The notes: a model not told the origin generated them from the letters alone. Counted from the stretch's first letter, positions 40,256 to 50,794 are shown. The stretch is 64,000 nucleotides of DNA from Fidelibacterota bacterium (GCA_043822705.1 JBDRBK010000070.1:1-64000), one strand, 5' to 3'. Numbers and translations are program-made.

Positions 40256-42108
40256 TGAGTGCTGCTATGAATTACAAGATTATTAAATCATATTTGACGA
40301 TAGCGATGTTGTTTGCTGCTGCCTACGCCCAGGTTCGGATTCCGGATTTTGAAATCCATGATCGAGGTAATCTGTGGGAAACGATGAAAGATGATGGTAC
40401 AATCGGTCCACTCCACCCGACCGCGTTATCTGAGTTTTATCCGGGCATGGATTGGCCCGGTGGTCCTCACCAACTGATATCAAAAAACGAGCAGCGCTCC
40501 TATCTCTACGGTGGCGGTATCTGGATTGGTGGTAAATATTCCAATGGGAGTGTCTTTTTGACTGAGCACGGACCAAGTTCGCATGTCAATCAGGGTAATG
40601 GCCATTCAATTATCAAGACTGAAAACTTCATTGAATCACCGGGCTATGATCCGGCCCAGGCGGAGCAAACTATCACTGCGTCCTGGAATACTACGGCAAA
40701 TTTCAATGTCCGGCGTGTCAGCCGGGCTTGGAGTTTTCGTGGATATAATGATTTCATCATTATTGAATATTCCTTCACGAATAACAATTCTGCTGCGGTC
40801 GAGGAAGTCTATTTCGGTATCCCGTATTTGCTGCGTCCCAGCTATCAGGATATTCTGGCGCATAATGGCTGGGGCGATAACATTACCGATCGTTCCGATG
40901 ATGTCATTCTCTATGATGCCGTAAATCAATTGGTTTACTCATATGATTCCACTGCCTATTATGATTGGGACATCGGTAATTACTGGGAAGAAGTGGAAGA
41001 ATTGCGCAGTCCCGGTTTTGCCGGTTTTGCTCTGTTGGGAGCTGACCCGGCATCAGATGGTAGCTCCCAGCCGGCCAATGTTTTGCTGACCCATTATATG
41101 GAAGAGCAGTTAAACCTGACATTAGATAACAGTTCGGCAGTTGCTATGTACGCCCTGTTGAATGGTGAGAATCAGTCGATTCAGATTGAGCCGCATACCA
41201 AAGTTGTGCCATTCGGAATGATATCCTGCGGGCCGTACACAATTGAGCCGGGTGAATCAATTAATATTTCCGTGGTAGAGGCAGTCAATGGTATTCCCTT
41301 GGCGGATACTTATGGTCCGCCTGAAAATATGGCGGCAATCCAAGCAAAATACCTATCTGAAGGTTATGGATTATTGCAGTCAACTATTCGGAATGCCATA
41401 CAGCTGTATGAAAATAATTATCTGTTTGACATCCTGCCGCCGGCATCACCGCTACTGGAGGTAATCCCCAATGCCCAGGATCAGACAATAGTATTATCCT
41501 GGGAACCACTGGAATCCAAGTGGATAAATCCCACCTACGGTACCAGCAATATAAAAGAATACTGGATTTATCGCAGTGATCGATCGTTTATTGGACCTTT
41601 CGGAAACCCGATCAAGAAGGTCAAGCCCTATCGTGTTTCGGATCATGATCGCTATTTTGACATAGATATTCAGAGATGGGTCTATCCGGATTATAATATC
41701 AGCCTGGGCGTGGGTTATTATTATTCGGTGACCGTACTCGATTCAGCAGGGAATGAAAGCTGGCTAACCAATCGAAATATTTATCCTGTCAAATCGGCAA
41801 CCCTGCCGGCTGAAAATGCACTTTCGGTAAATGTCTTTCCCAATCCATTTCGACTGGTTTCCGGAATTCCTACCGGTGGTGAAGAAAACACAATAACCTT
41901 CACCAACCTGCCGGCTACCTGTACAATACGGATTTTTACTGTGAGTGGAGAATTGATAAAAACCTTTAAGCGACAAGACGTATCGGTTGGTGAAGAGGTT
42001 TGGAACCAGGTGACTGATTCCAGACAGCGTACGGCTCCGGGTATCTACTTCTGGACTGTCGATTCGGAAGTGGGAACCGCCAAGGGTACATTGATTCTAA
42101 TCAAGTAA
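40252..42108 (+). CDS. Secreted protein with Fn3-like domain and T9SS type A sorting domain
   Basis: Signal peptide; LSWE..YWIYRS..YYYSVT..GNES Fn3-like segment; VFPNPF..FTNLP..TIRIFTVSGELIK..PGIYF CTD. Confidence 0.8.
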   Translation: MMSAAMNYKIIKSYLTIAMLFAAAYAQVRIPDFEIHDRGNLWETMKDDGTIGPLHPTALSEFYPGMDWPGGPHQLISKNEQRSYLYGGGIWIGGKYSNGSVFLTEHGPSSHVNQGNGHSIIKTENFIESPGYDPAQAEQTITASWNTTANFNVRRVSRAWSFRGYNDFIIIEYSFTNNNSAAVEEVYFGIPYLLRPSYQDILAHNGWGDNITDRSDDVILYDAVNQLVYSYDSTAYYDWDIGNYWEEVEELRSPGFAGFALLGADPASDGSSQPANVLLTHYMEEQLNLTLDNSSAVAMYALLNGENQSIQIEPHTKVVPFGMISCGPYTIEPGESINISVVEAVNGIPLADTYGPPENMAAIQAKYLSEGYGLLQSTIRNAIQLYENNYLFDILPPASPLLEVIPNAQDQTIVLSWEPLESKWINPTYGTSNIKEYWIYRSDRSFIGPFGNPIKKVKPYRVSDHDRYFDIDIQRWVYPDYNISLGVGYYYSVTVLDSAGNESWLTNRNIYPVKSATLPAENALSVNVFPNPFRLVSGIPTGGEENTITFTNLPATCTIRIFTVSGELIKTFKRQDVSVGEEVWNQVTDSRQRTAPGIYFWTVDSEVGTAKGTLILIK

Positions 42109-42118
42109 GGGGCCGGAA

Positions 42119-43147
42119 ATGAAAAAATCAATACTACTTACTATCGTTTGCCTGATCGGGCAAAATGTTTTCGCTCAATTTGATTACGGTTTTGATTTTA
42201 CGAAAGCCGGGTCAGCAGGATTTCAGTTTTTGAAAATCGATGTCGGTGCCCGCGAAAGCGCTTTGGGAGGCGCGGTTGTATCTTCCACCGCTGATGCCAA
42301 TGCCATCTTCTGGAATCCCGCCGGGATTGCCCAGGTACGGGAAGCACAATGTCAGTTTACCATGAATAACTGGTTAGTGGAATCGCAACTGGCGACCGCA
42401 AGCCTGGCGATCCCTTTCGGATCGACTGTAGTTGGTCTGAGTATGATCAGCTTTCAGATTACCGAATACGAAGAAACCACGGTTTTACTGGCCGGGGGAA
42501 CCGGCCGCATGGTTTCTGCCGGCGATATTCAGATTGGTCTGGGGATTGCCCACCGTTTCACCGATCGATTGAGTATCGGTGGCCAGCTGAAATATATACA
42601 GGAATATCTGGACGATTACCAGTTCGGTAATCTCCTGATTGATATTGGATCAATATATTCAACCGGGTTTCGTGATCTGACACTCGGATTCGCCTTCCAG
42701 CATTTTGGACCGGATATTAAAGTCGGTGAGGACTATGAGGTCACCTTGTTCAAAAAACCCTGGATAGTCGATGTCAATCAAGTCGAAGCGGATTCACTCT
42801 ATGGCAATAATAAATTCAGGACTCCGTTATTATTTCGTTTGGGCGCCAGTGATTACCTGTTTAATACTGATTTTCACAAACTCAAACTGAGTATTGATAT
42901 GATTCACCCTACCGATAATAATGAGTGGTTGGTTTCTGGATTAGAATATGAAATGGCAAATTCTTTGATACTTCGAGGCGGCTATCGTCTGCATCCTGAT
43001 TTTCGTGAATATGGTGAATTTTGTTTCGGCATCGGTTTTAAATTACCCGGATTAGGATCTATTGCATCGCAAATTGATTATTCTTTCATGAATTATGGTG
43101 AATTATTTGGTGATATCCACCGGGTGACAATTAAGGTGTCGATCTAA
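42119..43147 (+). CDS. PorV/PorQ-family protein (locus-specific paralog)
   Basis: KAGSAGFQFLKIDVGARESALG...DANAIFWNPAGIA signature. Confidence 0.88.
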   Translation: MKKSILLTIVCLIGQNVFAQFDYGFDFTKAGSAGFQFLKIDVGARESALGGAVVSSTADANAIFWNPAGIAQVREAQCQFTMNNWLVESQLATASLAIPFGSTVVGLSMISFQITEYEETTVLLAGGTGRMVSAGDIQIGLGIAHRFTDRLSIGGQLKYIQEYLDDYQFGNLLIDIGSIYSTGFRDLTLGFAFQHFGPDIKVGEDYEVTLFKKPWIVDVNQVEADSLYGNNKFRTPLLFRLGASDYLFNTDFHKLKLSIDMIHPTDNNEWLVSGLEYEMANSLILRGGYRLHPDFREYGEFCFGIGFKLPGLGSIASQIDYSFMNYGELFGDIHRVTIKVSI

Positions 43148-43174
43148 TCATGCGACTTGCCCGGTAAAGATCAA

Positions 43175-44533
43175 ATGACTGCTGGTTGGAAATTTTTTAT
43201 CGGTATTATAGTGGCCATGCTGGTCATCGGACTATTTTGGTGGCAGGCACCCGCTCCAGTTGAAAATGACGATGGCAAGATCCACCTCCAGTACTGGTAC
43301 ATCACCGGGCAGAAGGAAAGCCCGCCGTATTACGTTGAGGCCTTCAATGCCATGCAGTCCGAGATAGTCGTCGAGGCGCTGGCAATACCCTGGCAGGAGC
43401 ATGAAAAGAAAATCCTGACCGCGGTGCTAAGCGGTAATCCCCCCGACATTGTCAGCCAGTTTGTGCCGGTAGTCAAGTGGGCATCACGGATGGCCCTGTT
43501 TCCGCTGGATACTTTCATTGTCGAAGATAATTTCGATCCCGGAATATTCTATCCCGCCCTCTGGGATGAAATGATCTACGACGGTCATGTTTTTGGTCTG
43601 CCGATCATGACTGTGTCGAATGCTTTTTTCATCAACAAACGAATGTTCCGGGAAGCGGGACTTGATCCGGAGCGACAGCCACGCACCTGGTCTGAAGTCC
43701 GTGAATTAGCCGGGCATCTCGACCAGTACAACGATCGCGGTCAGATCGTCCGGATGGGCTTTATCCCCGACTGGCGGCAGTTTGAAGCGAACACGCTCCA
43801 GACTTCAATGCTGATTGCCTGGCAACTGGGGGCGGAATTCCTTTCCCCGGACGGTAAAACCGTCAGTCTGAATAACCCGGCTATGCGAACGGCTCTGGAA
43901 TGGGTGGCTGATTATTACCGGCAGTACGACATGAAAAAGGTCCAGGCCTTTCGCGGAAGTTTCGGCTATGCCGACCAGCATGAGCTGATTTCTGAAAAAG
44001 TGGCGATGATGGTTATCGACAGCAGTTTCCCGGAACTGGTTCAACGTTACAATCCTGGCCTGGATTATGCGGTTTACCCGATCCCGTCCTTCGGCGATTC
44101 CCCCACCGTGTCCACCTCCGGAAGCTGGTGGCTGGCGATTCCCCGTGGTGCCCGTCATCCCCGCGAATCCTGGCAATTTATTAAGTATGCCGTCGATAAA
44201 GACATCCAGTTGCAGACCTGTTTCAACACGGAAGAGAATTTATTCCCCACCAATCGTCTTGCCGCGAATGATCCGTCCTTTAACAACACCGCGGAAACCG
44301 CCGTATTCGTCAGCCAGATGGATTATGCGCACTCGCCGACGATCATTCCCCTGGCCCACGATGTGTTCTGGCGTGAAATGTCGGGACGGGTGCAGGAACG
44401 GGTGCTGCACGGGTTGCAGACCGCCGAGCAGTCCCTGAAAGAGGCGGAAAAAATCGTTCAACTGGAGCTCGACAAAGCGCTGGTTTACGACGAATATGTT
44501 CGTTCCAAAATGAATTTTCCGGAACTGAAATAA
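43175..44533 (+). CDS. Sugar ABC transporter substrate-binding protein
   Basis: KILTAVLSGNPPD, YDGHVFGLP, NKRMFREAGLDP..PRTWSE motifs. Confidence 0.92.
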   Translation: MTAGWKFFIGIIVAMLVIGLFWWQAPAPVENDDGKIHLQYWYITGQKESPPYYVEAFNAMQSEIVVEALAIPWQEHEKKILTAVLSGNPPDIVSQFVPVVKWASRMALFPLDTFIVEDNFDPGIFYPALWDEMIYDGHVFGLPIMTVSNAFFINKRMFREAGLDPERQPRTWSEVRELAGHLDQYNDRGQIVRMGFIPDWRQFEANTLQTSMLIAWQLGAEFLSPDGKTVSLNNPAMRTALEWVADYYRQYDMKKVQAFRGSFGYADQHELISEKVAMMVIDSSFPELVQRYNPGLDYAVYPIPSFGDSPTVSTSGSWWLAIPRGARHPRESWQFIKYAVDKDIQLQTCFNTEENLFPTNRLAANDPSFNNTAETAVFVSQMDYAHSPTIIPLAHDVFWREMSGRVQERVLHGLQTAEQSLKEAEKIVQLELDKALVYDEYVRSKMNFPELK

Positions 44534-45456
44534 TGACCGCCGCCGAGCATAGAAAACCGGGAAGAAGTATTTTTTTTCAGCGCCAGGCCGTCTGGGGTTA
44601 TATTTTCGCTTCACCCTGGATAATCGGCTTTATCATATTCGGTCTCTATCCCATGGGCATGTCGCTGTATTACAGCCTGTGTCAGTTTGATGTGCTGAGA
44701 ATCCCCTTATTTATCGGTCTGGCTAACTACCGTAACCTGCTGGTCAATGATCCCTATTTCTGGACTTCGATCGGGAATACGCTTTACTATGTTGTTTTCC
44801 GAACCCCGATCTGTATTCTGGGATCGCTGCTGCTGGCGTCGCTGCTCCATGATTCGCTGCGTGGAATCCGGTTCTTCCGCACCGTTTTCTTCATACCGTC
44901 GATCATTACCGGTGTGGTTCTGTCGGTAATCTGGCTGTGGATGTACAATCCCCAGTATGGGCTGATCAACAGTGCCCTGGCGGCACTGGGCTTCCAGGGA
45001 CCGCTCTGGCTCCAGAGCCATGAATGGTCCAAGCCGGCGATTGTGCTGATGAGTCTCTGGTCGATCGGTGGCGGCCGGATGCTGGTATTTCTGGCCGCAT
45101 TGCAGGGAATACCGAAACATTTGTATGAGGTGGTGGACCTGGACGGCGGGAACTGGTGGCAGAAATTTATTCATATCACGCTGCCACTGATATCGCCGGT
45201 ACTGTTTTTATGGACGGTAATGGAGGTTATATTTTCCTTTCAGGTATTTGTCGAGGCCTATGTCATGACTAAGGGCGGACCGCTGAATTCGACCCTGTTC
45301 TACAACCTGTATCTATACAACAAGGCCTTCGATGACTACAGCATGGGTTACGCTTCGGCCCTGGCCTGGTTGCTGTTGATAATAACGCTGGCGGTAACGA
45401 TCTTCCAATTCAAGTTCGGTCAACGCTGGGTTTATTACGAAGGGGAGCGCAAGTGA
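44533..45456 (+). CDS. Sugar ABC transporter permease
   Basis: FIGLANY; EAA-like loop LQGIPKHLYEVVDLDG; MGYASALAW. Confidence 0.94.
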   Translation: MTAAEHRKPGRSIFFQRQAVWGYIFASPWIIGFIIFGLYPMGMSLYYSLCQFDVLRIPLFIGLANYRNLLVNDPYFWTSIGNTLYYVVFRTPICILGSLLLASLLHDSLRGIRFFRTVFFIPSIITGVVLSVIWLWMYNPQYGLINSALAALGFQGPLWLQSHEWSKPAIVLMSLWSIGGGRMLVFLAALQGIPKHLYEVVDLDGGNWWQKFIHITLPLISPVLFLWTVMEVIFSFQVFVEAYVMTKGGPLNSTLFYNLYLYNKAFDDYSMGYASALAWLLLIITLAVTIFQFKFGQRWVYYEGERK

Positions 45457-46316
45457 TGTTCAAACCAGGTACCAAGCTGCTGCCGACCGGACGTAAGGCG
45501 TTGCCGGTAATCGCGCGCTACCTGGCGCTCACCATACTGGCGACTGTCTTTATTCTACCGTTTCTGTGGATGATTTCCACTTCGCTGAAGGGTTACGAAA
45601 ATATTTTCAGCCTGCCGCTGAAATGGATTCCGGACACGATCCACTGGGAGAATTACCTGAACGTATTCAAGGCCATGCCGTTCATGGTCTATTTGAAAAA
45701 TTCGGTATTTGTCACCGGACTGGCCATCTTCGGGACGGTTCTGTCGGCCTCGCTGGTGGCCTATGCGTTTGCCGTGCTGCGCTGGCCCGGCCGTGACACT
45801 TTATTTATCGTGGTTATCGCCACGATGATGCTACCGATGCAGGTCACGATGATACCGCTGTTCGTATTGTTCAAGGAATTCGGTTGGTTGAATACCTTCA
45901 AACCGCTGATCGTGCCGGCTTTTTTTGGCGGCGGCGCTTTTAATATTTTCCTGTTGCGGCAGTTTTTTCTATCGATTCCGAAGGACCTGTTCGATGCCGC
46001 CCGCATCGATGGCTGTTCGGAATTCCGGATTTACTGGAATATCGTGTTGCCGCTGGCCAAACCGGCCCTGGCGACGGTGGCGGTGCTGTCGTTTATGCTG
46101 TATTGGAATGATTTTCTGGGACCGCTGATATACCTGTCGGATCAATTGAGGGGAACACTGGCGTTAGGCGTGGTTATGTTTGTGGGACAGCATAAAAGTG
46201 AATGGGCGTTGCTGATGGTGGCGACGATCCTGATGATGCTGCCGATAATCATCATTTTCTTCCTGTTCCAGCGTTATTTCATCCGTGGTTTCATGATGAG
46301 TGGGATTAAAGGCTGA
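45453..46316 (+). CDS. Sugar ABC transporter permease
   Basis: FLLRQFF..IPKDLFDAARIDG EAA loop; WNDFLGPL. Confidence 0.94.
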   Translation: MMFKPGTKLLPTGRKALPVIARYLALTILATVFILPFLWMISTSLKGYENIFSLPLKWIPDTIHWENYLNVFKAMPFMVYLKNSVFVTGLAIFGTVLSASLVAYAFAVLRWPGRDTLFIVVIATMMLPMQVTMIPLFVLFKEFGWLNTFKPLIVPAFFGGGAFNIFLLRQFFLSIPKDLFDAARIDGCSEFRIYWNIVLPLAKPALATVAVLSFMLYWNDFLGPLIYLSDQLRGTLALGVVMFVGQHKSEWALLMVATILMMLPIIIIFFLFQRYFIRGFMMSGIKG

Positions 46317-49300
46317 TGAGAAAATTAAATTATCAGTTACGCTGCCTGCTGCTGGCGGCTGTGCTGCCGGTTCTGGTATCGATCAAAGCGGAGGCGTCGA
46401 ATATTAACTTCCGGATTAGCGAGCAGGGTGAACTCCCGGTTTGGCTGGTTTGCGGTCCCTTTACACAGCCGCTGACTGGTTTTGGAACCGTAGGCGACGC
46501 CGATGCTGTTGGCGAAGCAACTGTTCATCCGGCAATCAATGATCTGGTGGATGCACCGCTGAACGCTTCAGGCTCAGCGTCATGGCGGCCGGTTTCAGCC
46601 GGATCGACTGGTTATGTCGATATCAACGGGCTGTTAGGCTTGGTCGACCCGGCCGATACGCCGGAAGTACCCTGGTTCGGTCGTGCCGGTTATGCGCTGA
46701 CCTATATCAACAGTCCGGAAGCCCGGGAGGCGGTGCTGTTGCTGGGCAGTTACAACCGGATCAAGGTAATTGTAAACGGTGAAACCGTTTATAACCACGA
46801 CGGTCTGCGGAAAGCGGTCGCTGATCAGGATACCGTCCGGATTCATCTCCAGCAGGGTGAAAATACGATATTGCTGAAGGTATTTCACTCACATCAAGAC
46901 TATCAACCGCGATTTTTATTCGATCCGGGGTATGGCTGGGGATTTTATGCCCGTCTGATCGACAGTGAATTTCAAGTCGCCGAAAACCTGACAGTGTCTT
47001 TACCCGAGACCCGCAACGCCCCGAAGTTCGAGGTTGAGTCGACAATATTTTTCAGGAAAACACCTGCCGGCCAACTACAGCAGCGCTGTGATCTGGTGCT
47101 GTCTTCGATCGCACCGGAAGCACAATCAGGCCGTTTCATACTGACCATGAAAGGGAAAGAGATTATACTTGATCTGCCGGTGGTACCGTTCGGTGAAAGC
47201 CGCCACTCATTGTTTATCCCGGCATTGGAAAAACCTGTCCGGGCACAGGCAAGTCTGAAATTGGGTGATCAAACAGTAACCAGTAAAATCCAATTGGAAC
47301 CGCGCCGGCGCTATGAACTGTATCTGATGCTACTTTCCCATCTGGATATCGGCTATACTCATATTCAACCGGTGGTGATAGAGCGGCAAGTCCGGATCAT
47401 GGACGAGGCGATCGACCGCTGTGCCGTGGATCCCGCCTTTCGCTGGACCATCGAAACGATCTGGCAGGTTGAACAGTACCAGCGCTGCCGGCCGGCGGAT
47501 CGATTTCAGCGCCTGATCGAACTGATCCGGAATGGTCGGATCGCCGTATCGCCGTTATACACTAATTCATTTACCGGCTTGGTCAGCGAAGAAGAAATGC
47601 AGCGGGCGTTTTACCCGGCCGGCGACTATCGTGAACAGTACGGCATCGATTATCACGCGGCTATTTACAATGATACGCCGGGATTCAACTGGCTGCTGCC
47701 CCAGTTACTGTCAGGTTTGGATATCGATTTCCTGGTAACCGGTATCAACGAGGTTTATACCGAAAATCCGCTGCAGCGCAATCTACCGAAAGTATTTCGC
47801 TGGGAGGGTGGCGACGGCAGCTCCGTTCTGACATATGTTACCGAGACTTACAACGAAGGTTTGTTATTGGGATTGGAAACCGAGACGACCGCCAGCGAAT
47901 ACCGGATCTGGCAGCGACTGAACAAGCTGGAGCACAAGGGCTATCCTTATGATCTGGTGCTGGTGAATGCCGGTGCGGGCGACAACTGTGGAATCCCGGA
48001 AGTCCAGTATCAGCGGGCACTGGCTTGGAATGAAGAATACGCCTACCCCAGATTTGTAATCAGCAATCTGAATCAATTTGCGAACGATTTCAGTAAGAAA
48101 TATGCAGCTGATATTCCGGTTATACGCGGCGATTGGACCTCCAGTTGGGACAGCCGTTCCCAGGGCGAACCGGCGTTGATCCGCGATCAGCGCGCCACGC
48201 AGAATCGCATCCTGACCGCCGAAAAACTGGCGACCATCAATTGGCTGAAAGATGCCCGGTTGCTGCCGCTGACGGAAGACATCGATGATGTTTACCGGCA
48301 ATTGTTGTTGTTCAGCGGACACGGTTCGGGGCTCGAATATGGCTACGGTTCACGAGCGGAAAATCTTTTGGCGGCGGATTACCGCCATCAATATATCGAA
48401 CGGGCCAAGCTTGGTGCAACGGAAGTATTGGAGCGTTCATTGTTGCGCCTGTCGATTCCGGGTGAGTCGCTGGACAGCGAGGCACTACTGGTTTTTAATC
48501 CCCTTTCATGGGAACGGTCCGCGGTGGTCCGTGTCGATTATCCGGCCGCATTTGCCGGATCGGTCACCGTCCGCGACCTGGTATCGGGTGAAACCGTGCC
48601 GTCATTTTGTGAAACCGACCGGCTGTATCTGTCCCTGGACAAACTGCCGTCGATCGGATACAAAAAATATGAAGTTATCCGCTCTTCCGATGATCATTTC
48701 CCGAACGGCGGCCTGGAAAACGGTCCCGACTTCATCGCCAATACCCGGTTCAAATTGACATTTGATCCGCAGACCGGACGAATAATCAGTATCTATGATC
48801 GCCGGAACCAACGTGAAATAATTGCTGCGGAAGCGGACCGGTCATTTGCCGCGCCTTTGAAAATCGAGCCATTTTCGAATGACCGGGTAACAGCGTTGGA
48901 TACAGCCGCCGCCAAAATCAGGATTATCGACCGGATGCCGATCGCCCTGGATGTCGAGATTGTCAGGCCGGGCCAGCTCTTCAGTGAATCGCGCTACCGC
49001 ATCACCGCGCTGGACCGGATCGAGATCACGCACACAGTAAATCTGGAAAAACTGATTCCGGCACAGGAACTGGAAGAATACGGTCTTGCCTTTCCGGTGG
49101 CTTTAAACGAAAACCATTTTGCCATCGACCAGGCCGGGGGTCAGATCGTTTCGTCCGACGATATTCTGCCGGGAGCCGTAACCGGTTATTTTTCGGTGCG
49201 TGGCGGATTTACCGTCTATGATTCCGATTACTCGGTCTCGCTGGCGCTGCCCGACAGCCGGGTGATCAAAGGTGAAACGCACGGATCGGTCGGCGGACCG

Positions 49301-49768
49301 TTCAGCGTCGTGCTGGTCAATAATTTCCCGGTGGCCTGGAACCGTTCTGAGCGAAACATCGGCAGTCTCGATTTTCGGTTCGTCCTGACGGCCACCAAGA
49401 ATGCATTTGATCCTGCGGCCGGCCTGCGTTTCAGCCGCGAAGTGCAAAATCCACCGGAGGTATTGCGGACCTGGCAAAAGCGGTCACCGGCCACGGCCAG
49501 TTATTTTTCCAGCAGCAATCCCGATATTTTGATTACCGCTTTATCACCGTCCCGTGATCAGTCGGGGTTAATCCTGAGAATTCGCAACCTGAACGGAACC
49601 AAACCCGCCAGGGGAATCCTGCAATCAGAATTTTTCACAGACCGAGATGCCTGGAAGGTATCGATTTGGGGAAAACAAAAACATGGTTTAACGATAAACC
49701 AGAACTTGATCGGGGTTACGCTTCAACCAAATGAGATTCAAACCATTAAAATCGTACCTCGACCATAA
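46316..49768 (+). CDS. Exported GH38-like glycoside hydrolase with N-terminal beta-sandwich
   Basis: Signal peptide; SHLDIGYT, NDTPG, FRWEGGDGS.VL, GDWTSSW, VFNPLSWERS motifs. Confidence 0.8.
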   Translation: MRKLNYQLRCLLLAAVLPVLVSIKAEASNINFRISEQGELPVWLVCGPFTQPLTGFGTVGDADAVGEATVHPAINDLVDAPLNASGSASWRPVSAGSTGYVDINGLLGLVDPADTPEVPWFGRAGYALTYINSPEAREAVLLLGSYNRIKVIVNGETVYNHDGLRKAVADQDTVRIHLQQGENTILLKVFHSHQDYQPRFLFDPGYGWGFYARLIDSEFQVAENLTVSLPETRNAPKFEVESTIFFRKTPAGQLQQRCDLVLSSIAPEAQSGRFILTMKGKEIILDLPVVPFGESRHSLFIPALEKPVRAQASLKLGDQTVTSKIQLEPRRRYELYLMLLSHLDIGYTHIQPVVIERQVRIMDEAIDRCAVDPAFRWTIETIWQVEQYQRCRPADRFQRLIELIRNGRIAVSPLYTNSFTGLVSEEEMQRAFYPAGDYREQYGIDYHAAIYNDTPGFNWLLPQLLSGLDIDFLVTGINEVYTENPLQRNLPKVFRWEGGDGSSVLTYVTETYNEGLLLGLETETTASEYRIWQRLNKLEHKGYPYDLVLVNAGAGDNCGIPEVQYQRALAWNEEYAYPRFVISNLNQFANDFSKKYAADIPVIRGDWTSSWDSRSQGEPALIRDQRATQNRILTAEKLATINWLKDARLLPLTEDIDDVYRQLLLFSGHGSGLEYGYGSRAENLLAADYRHQYIERAKLGATEVLERSLLRLSIPGESLDSEALLVFNPLSWERSAVVRVDYPAAFAGSVTVRDLVSGETVPSFCETDRLYLSLDKLPSIGYKKYEVIRSSDDHFPNGGLENGPDFIANTRFKLTFDPQTGRIISIYDRRNQREIIAAEADRSFAAPLKIEPFSNDRVTALDTAAAKIRIIDRMPIALDVEIVRPGQLFSESRYRITALDRIEITHTVNLEKLIPAQELEEYGLAFPVALNENHFAIDQAGGQIVSSDDILPGAVTGYFSVRGGFTVYDSDYSVSLALPDSRVIKGETHGSVGGPFSVVLVNNFPVAWNRSERNIGSLDFRFVLTATKNAFDPAAGLRFSREVQNPPEVLRTWQKRSPATASYFSSSNPDILITALSPSRDQSGLILRIRNLNGTKPARGILQSEFFTDRDAWKVSIWGKQKHGLTINQNLIGVTLQPNEIQTIKIVPRP

Positions 49769-49816
49769 AGCAACCGGACCAATCCGGAATCCAACATAAT
49801 AAAGGAAAATGAAACA

Positions 49817-50674
49817 ATGAAAAAGGGATTAATAGTAAATATATTCTTTTTAATCTTGATCTTTACGCTTTCATCCTGCCTGATTTACGAAGTAGATCAG
49901 CCGGCCACTGTTGCTGCCGGTGGTACGTTCACTACGACAGTATCAATATCTGATATCACCGCCGAATCAAATAATGCACACAAAGGCGCCATTTGTGTCT
50001 TAGTACCGGATGACTGGACCTTTACCTCCGGTACTTACGATTCGGATGTGGGGACAGGCACGATTGTACTCGATCCGGCCGCTGCCACACCAGTCTACGG
50101 TTTGATTGATACCGTAATCGTTCCCCCGGCGAACATGAAATGGGTCAAGCTGCTGTCCGATGTCGGCTATCTCCATGAGGCCAATGTCTATCACGACGCG
50201 ACCCTGAATTTCACTGTTGGGCAAAAAGGTGGCGATTTCCCGATTGGATACATGGTTACGGTAAATTCTGGCGGTATGTTTGATTATTTTGCCGATAACG
50301 ACATTGATGATGCGGGTTCCAGCGGCTGGGGCGATGGTGTTGACACTTTGATGAATCAATGGGTGGAAATCACCGGCGGTATCGTCGGTGTCGATAAGGG
50401 CGTTTTGGCCAAAGAATATGGATTGTCGCAAAACTATCCCAATCCGTTCAATCCGGAGACTGTAATCGAATACAGCCTGGAGGCTGCTTCCCGCGTCGAA
50501 TTGTCGGTTTACGACATTACCGGTCGCCTGATCAGTACGTTGGTCAATGAAGTCCAACAGCCGGATAATTATCAGGTGGTATTTCATGTTGATAATCTGG
50601 CCAGCGGCACCTATCTCTACCGTTTGAAGACCGACAACCAGGTCGAAACCAGGAAGATGATTCTGCTACAGTAA
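49817..50674 (+). CDS. Putative lipoprotein with uncharacterised N-domain and T9SS type A sorting domain
   Basis: LSSC lipobox-like; LSQNYPNPFNPET...ASGTYLYRL..RKMILLQ CTD; AAGGA RBS. Confidence 0.8.
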   Translation: MKKGLIVNIFFLILIFTLSSCLIYEVDQPATVAAGGTFTTTVSISDITAESNNAHKGAICVLVPDDWTFTSGTYDSDVGTGTIVLDPAAATPVYGLIDTVIVPPANMKWVKLLSDVGYLHEANVYHDATLNFTVGQKGGDFPIGYMVTVNSGGMFDYFADNDIDDAGSSGWGDGVDTLMNQWVEITGGIVGVDKGVLAKEYGLSQNYPNPFNPETVIEYSLEAASRVELSVYDITGRLISTLVNEVQQPDNYQVVFHVDNLASGTYLYRLKTDNQVETRKMILLQ

Positions 50675-50716
50675 TCTGTCGCAGATAAGTATATTGCATT
50701 AGAGAGTCAGCCGGAT

Positions 50717-50769
50717 GGGAATTAACCGGGTCGAGGAATCAATGATCTCCTTGGCCCGGTTGAATTCCC
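50717..50769 (+). promoter_or_regulatory. Long intergenic stem-loop without U tract
   Basis: GGGAATTAACCGGGTCGAGGA / TCCTTGGCCCGGTTGAATTCCC inverted repeat. Confidence 0.6.
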
Positions 50770-50794
50770 TGAGTAAATAGATAATTATGGTACA

